The notes under the pieces were generated by a model. The model did no database searches. It had not been told where the DNA came from and saw only the letters and a list, made by a program, of their open reading frames with translations. 64,000 nucleotides of DNA, from contig NC_057719.1 in the NCBI RefSeq assembly GCF_004010195.1, positions 73,087,446-73,151,445 on the forward strand, written 5' to 3'. Source of the DNA: Chiloscyllium plagiosum (taxonomy: Eukaryota). Position numbers and translations under genes: made by a program. Of this stretch, positions 62,340-64,000 are shown one piece after another; the stretch's first letter is position 1; each line of letters opens with the position of its first letter.

Positions 62340-62451
62340 TTGCCAGGTTTGTCCAGCAATCCCCCAGTAGAATTCTGACAGCAAAGTAGGATGTACTCTT
62401 GTAGGGCTCCTTGATGGAACATCCAGCGTGTCATACTGAGAGTATCATTCC
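62340..62451 (-). CDS. FNTB: Farnesyltransferase beta subunit, third-last coding exon (NDTLSMTRWMFHQGALQEYILLCCQNSTGGLLDKPGK)
   Basis: On -: ttgtAG acceptor, 112 nt, GTGAGT donor. Contains the FNTB motif LQEYIL.CCQ...GGLLDKPG. Upstream exons lie beyond the window. Confidence 0.95.
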
Positions 62452-63384
62452 CTACAAAGCATTACATAGTATAAGGAGTTCACATCAACCTGAAACTAGA
62501 ATCACTGATTCTCAAGGGCAGAAAGGATGGACAACAAGCTTTAGTCATGCCAGCAATATCCACATTCCATTAAAGAATTAAGAACCACCAAATATTTTGA
62601 ACCAAATAAACATACTTGTGTCCACTGACATCAATTCCTTAACATATATGTGAATTCAAGGAATGTGGAAGACTGTCCTTCTGGAATATGGTGAGAATCC
62701 AGTCTTCAGCAAAAGAATGAAATGCTCCTTCCTCTAACAATCTCATACTGAACTAAGCTTTTGCAGTTTTGGCTCAAGTACTTATGGAAATACTGATAAA
62801 CTCGAATGGAAATATCACATTGCTACCATGGGGAAACACTCAGACACAAATTTAAAAAAGGTCTAAGGACAAATATATAATCCAGAGAGAATATGCAAGT
62901 TAAGGAGCAGGGAGAAGTGTACATTATAGCATTAATACTTCAGCTTCACTGCAACAAAAACAAATCCTCCACTCCTTATTACAAGGCAAAGCAACAAAGT
63001 TAGTGGAACTGGAAATAACTTCACCATTCAAATAAATTCAGAGAGAAAACCCCAATGTCAACATAATTCAGCTGTTGAAATTAGTTATAATGCTCCTAAT
63101 AATGATAATCTCTGACCATTTCCTTGCTCAATGCTTAAAAACACACAAAATTTTAAAAACATCCCCCATTTTCTACAAAGCAAACAGCTTCCTACCAGAA
63201 TCTGAAGCTTCATTGTTGACTACTTTCTCCCCCATCTGATCTCATGCCACCTCCAAACTATTCTCCAAGATCAACTACGTTCCCTGGTGGTAATCGCTTC
63301 TTCAAAGTTCTGTGGCTTTGAAAATCTATGCCAATCCTCCCTGAAGCACAGATTTTGAATTTCTGGAATTAGGTTGCTACATAT

Positions 63385-64000
63385 TTGTATCATCGATAGT
63401 CACAGGTGAGGTACCGGAAGACTGGAGATTGGCAAACGTGGTACCACTGTTTAAGAAAGGTGGTAAGGATAAGCCAGGTAACTATAGACCAATGAGCCTG
63501 ATGTTGGTGGTGGGCAAGTTGTTGGAGGGAATCTGAGGGACAGGATGTACATGTATTTGGAAAGGCAAGGACTGATTAGGGATAGTCAACATGGCTTTGT
63601 GCTTGGGAAATCATGTCTCACAAACTTGATGGAGTCTTTTGAAGAAGTAAAGAGGATTGATGAGGGCAGAGTGGTAGATGTGATCCATATGGACTTCAGT
63701 AAGGCGTTTGACAAGGTTCCCTATGGGAGACCGATTAGCAAGGTTAGATCCCATAGAATACGGGGAGAACTAGCCATTTGGATACAGAACTGGCTCAAAG
63801 GTAGAAGACAGAGGGTGGTGGTGGAGGGTTGTTTTTCAGACTGGAGGCCTGTGACCAGTGGAGTTCCACAAGGATTGGTGCTGGGTCCACTACTTTTCAT
63901 CATTTATATAAATGATTTGGATGTGAGCACAAGAGGTACAGTTAGTAAGTTTGCAGATGACACCAAAATTGGAGGTGCATTGGACAGCAAAGAATGTTAC
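63385..64000 (+). mobile_element. CR1 LINE reverse-transcriptase region, running off the window
   Basis: [44 protein letters not shown] and SKFADDTK motifs with frameshifts. Confidence 0.93.

Overview
Vertebrate nuclear DNA, most likely a shark or other elasmobranch. This is inferred from HE1/V-SINE-like and DeuSINE-like repeats and abundant CR1 LINEs. The window holds a complete 5-coding-exon MAX gene on the + strand (ATG 19652 to TGA 38754, 160 aa, including the 27-nt exon 2), with a CpG-rich promoter carrying ZNF143/THAP11-type, NRF1 and YY1 motifs. It also holds the last three coding exons of FNTB on the - strand, converging on MAX as in mammals. The rest is intron and intergenic DNA filled with truncated CR1 LINEs, SINEs, two Tigger/pogo-like MITEs and at least three families of Penelope-like element (PLE) fragments. 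Several PLE fragments carry minimal hammerhead-ribozyme cores and are palindromic insertions whose inversion or truncation points lie just upstream of the core. One has an apparently intact sense-strand core in MAX intron 3. Nearly all ORFs in the six-frame track are repeat-derived or spurious. Exon coordinates were read from splice sites; repeat boundaries are approximate; family names come from recall, not database searches.
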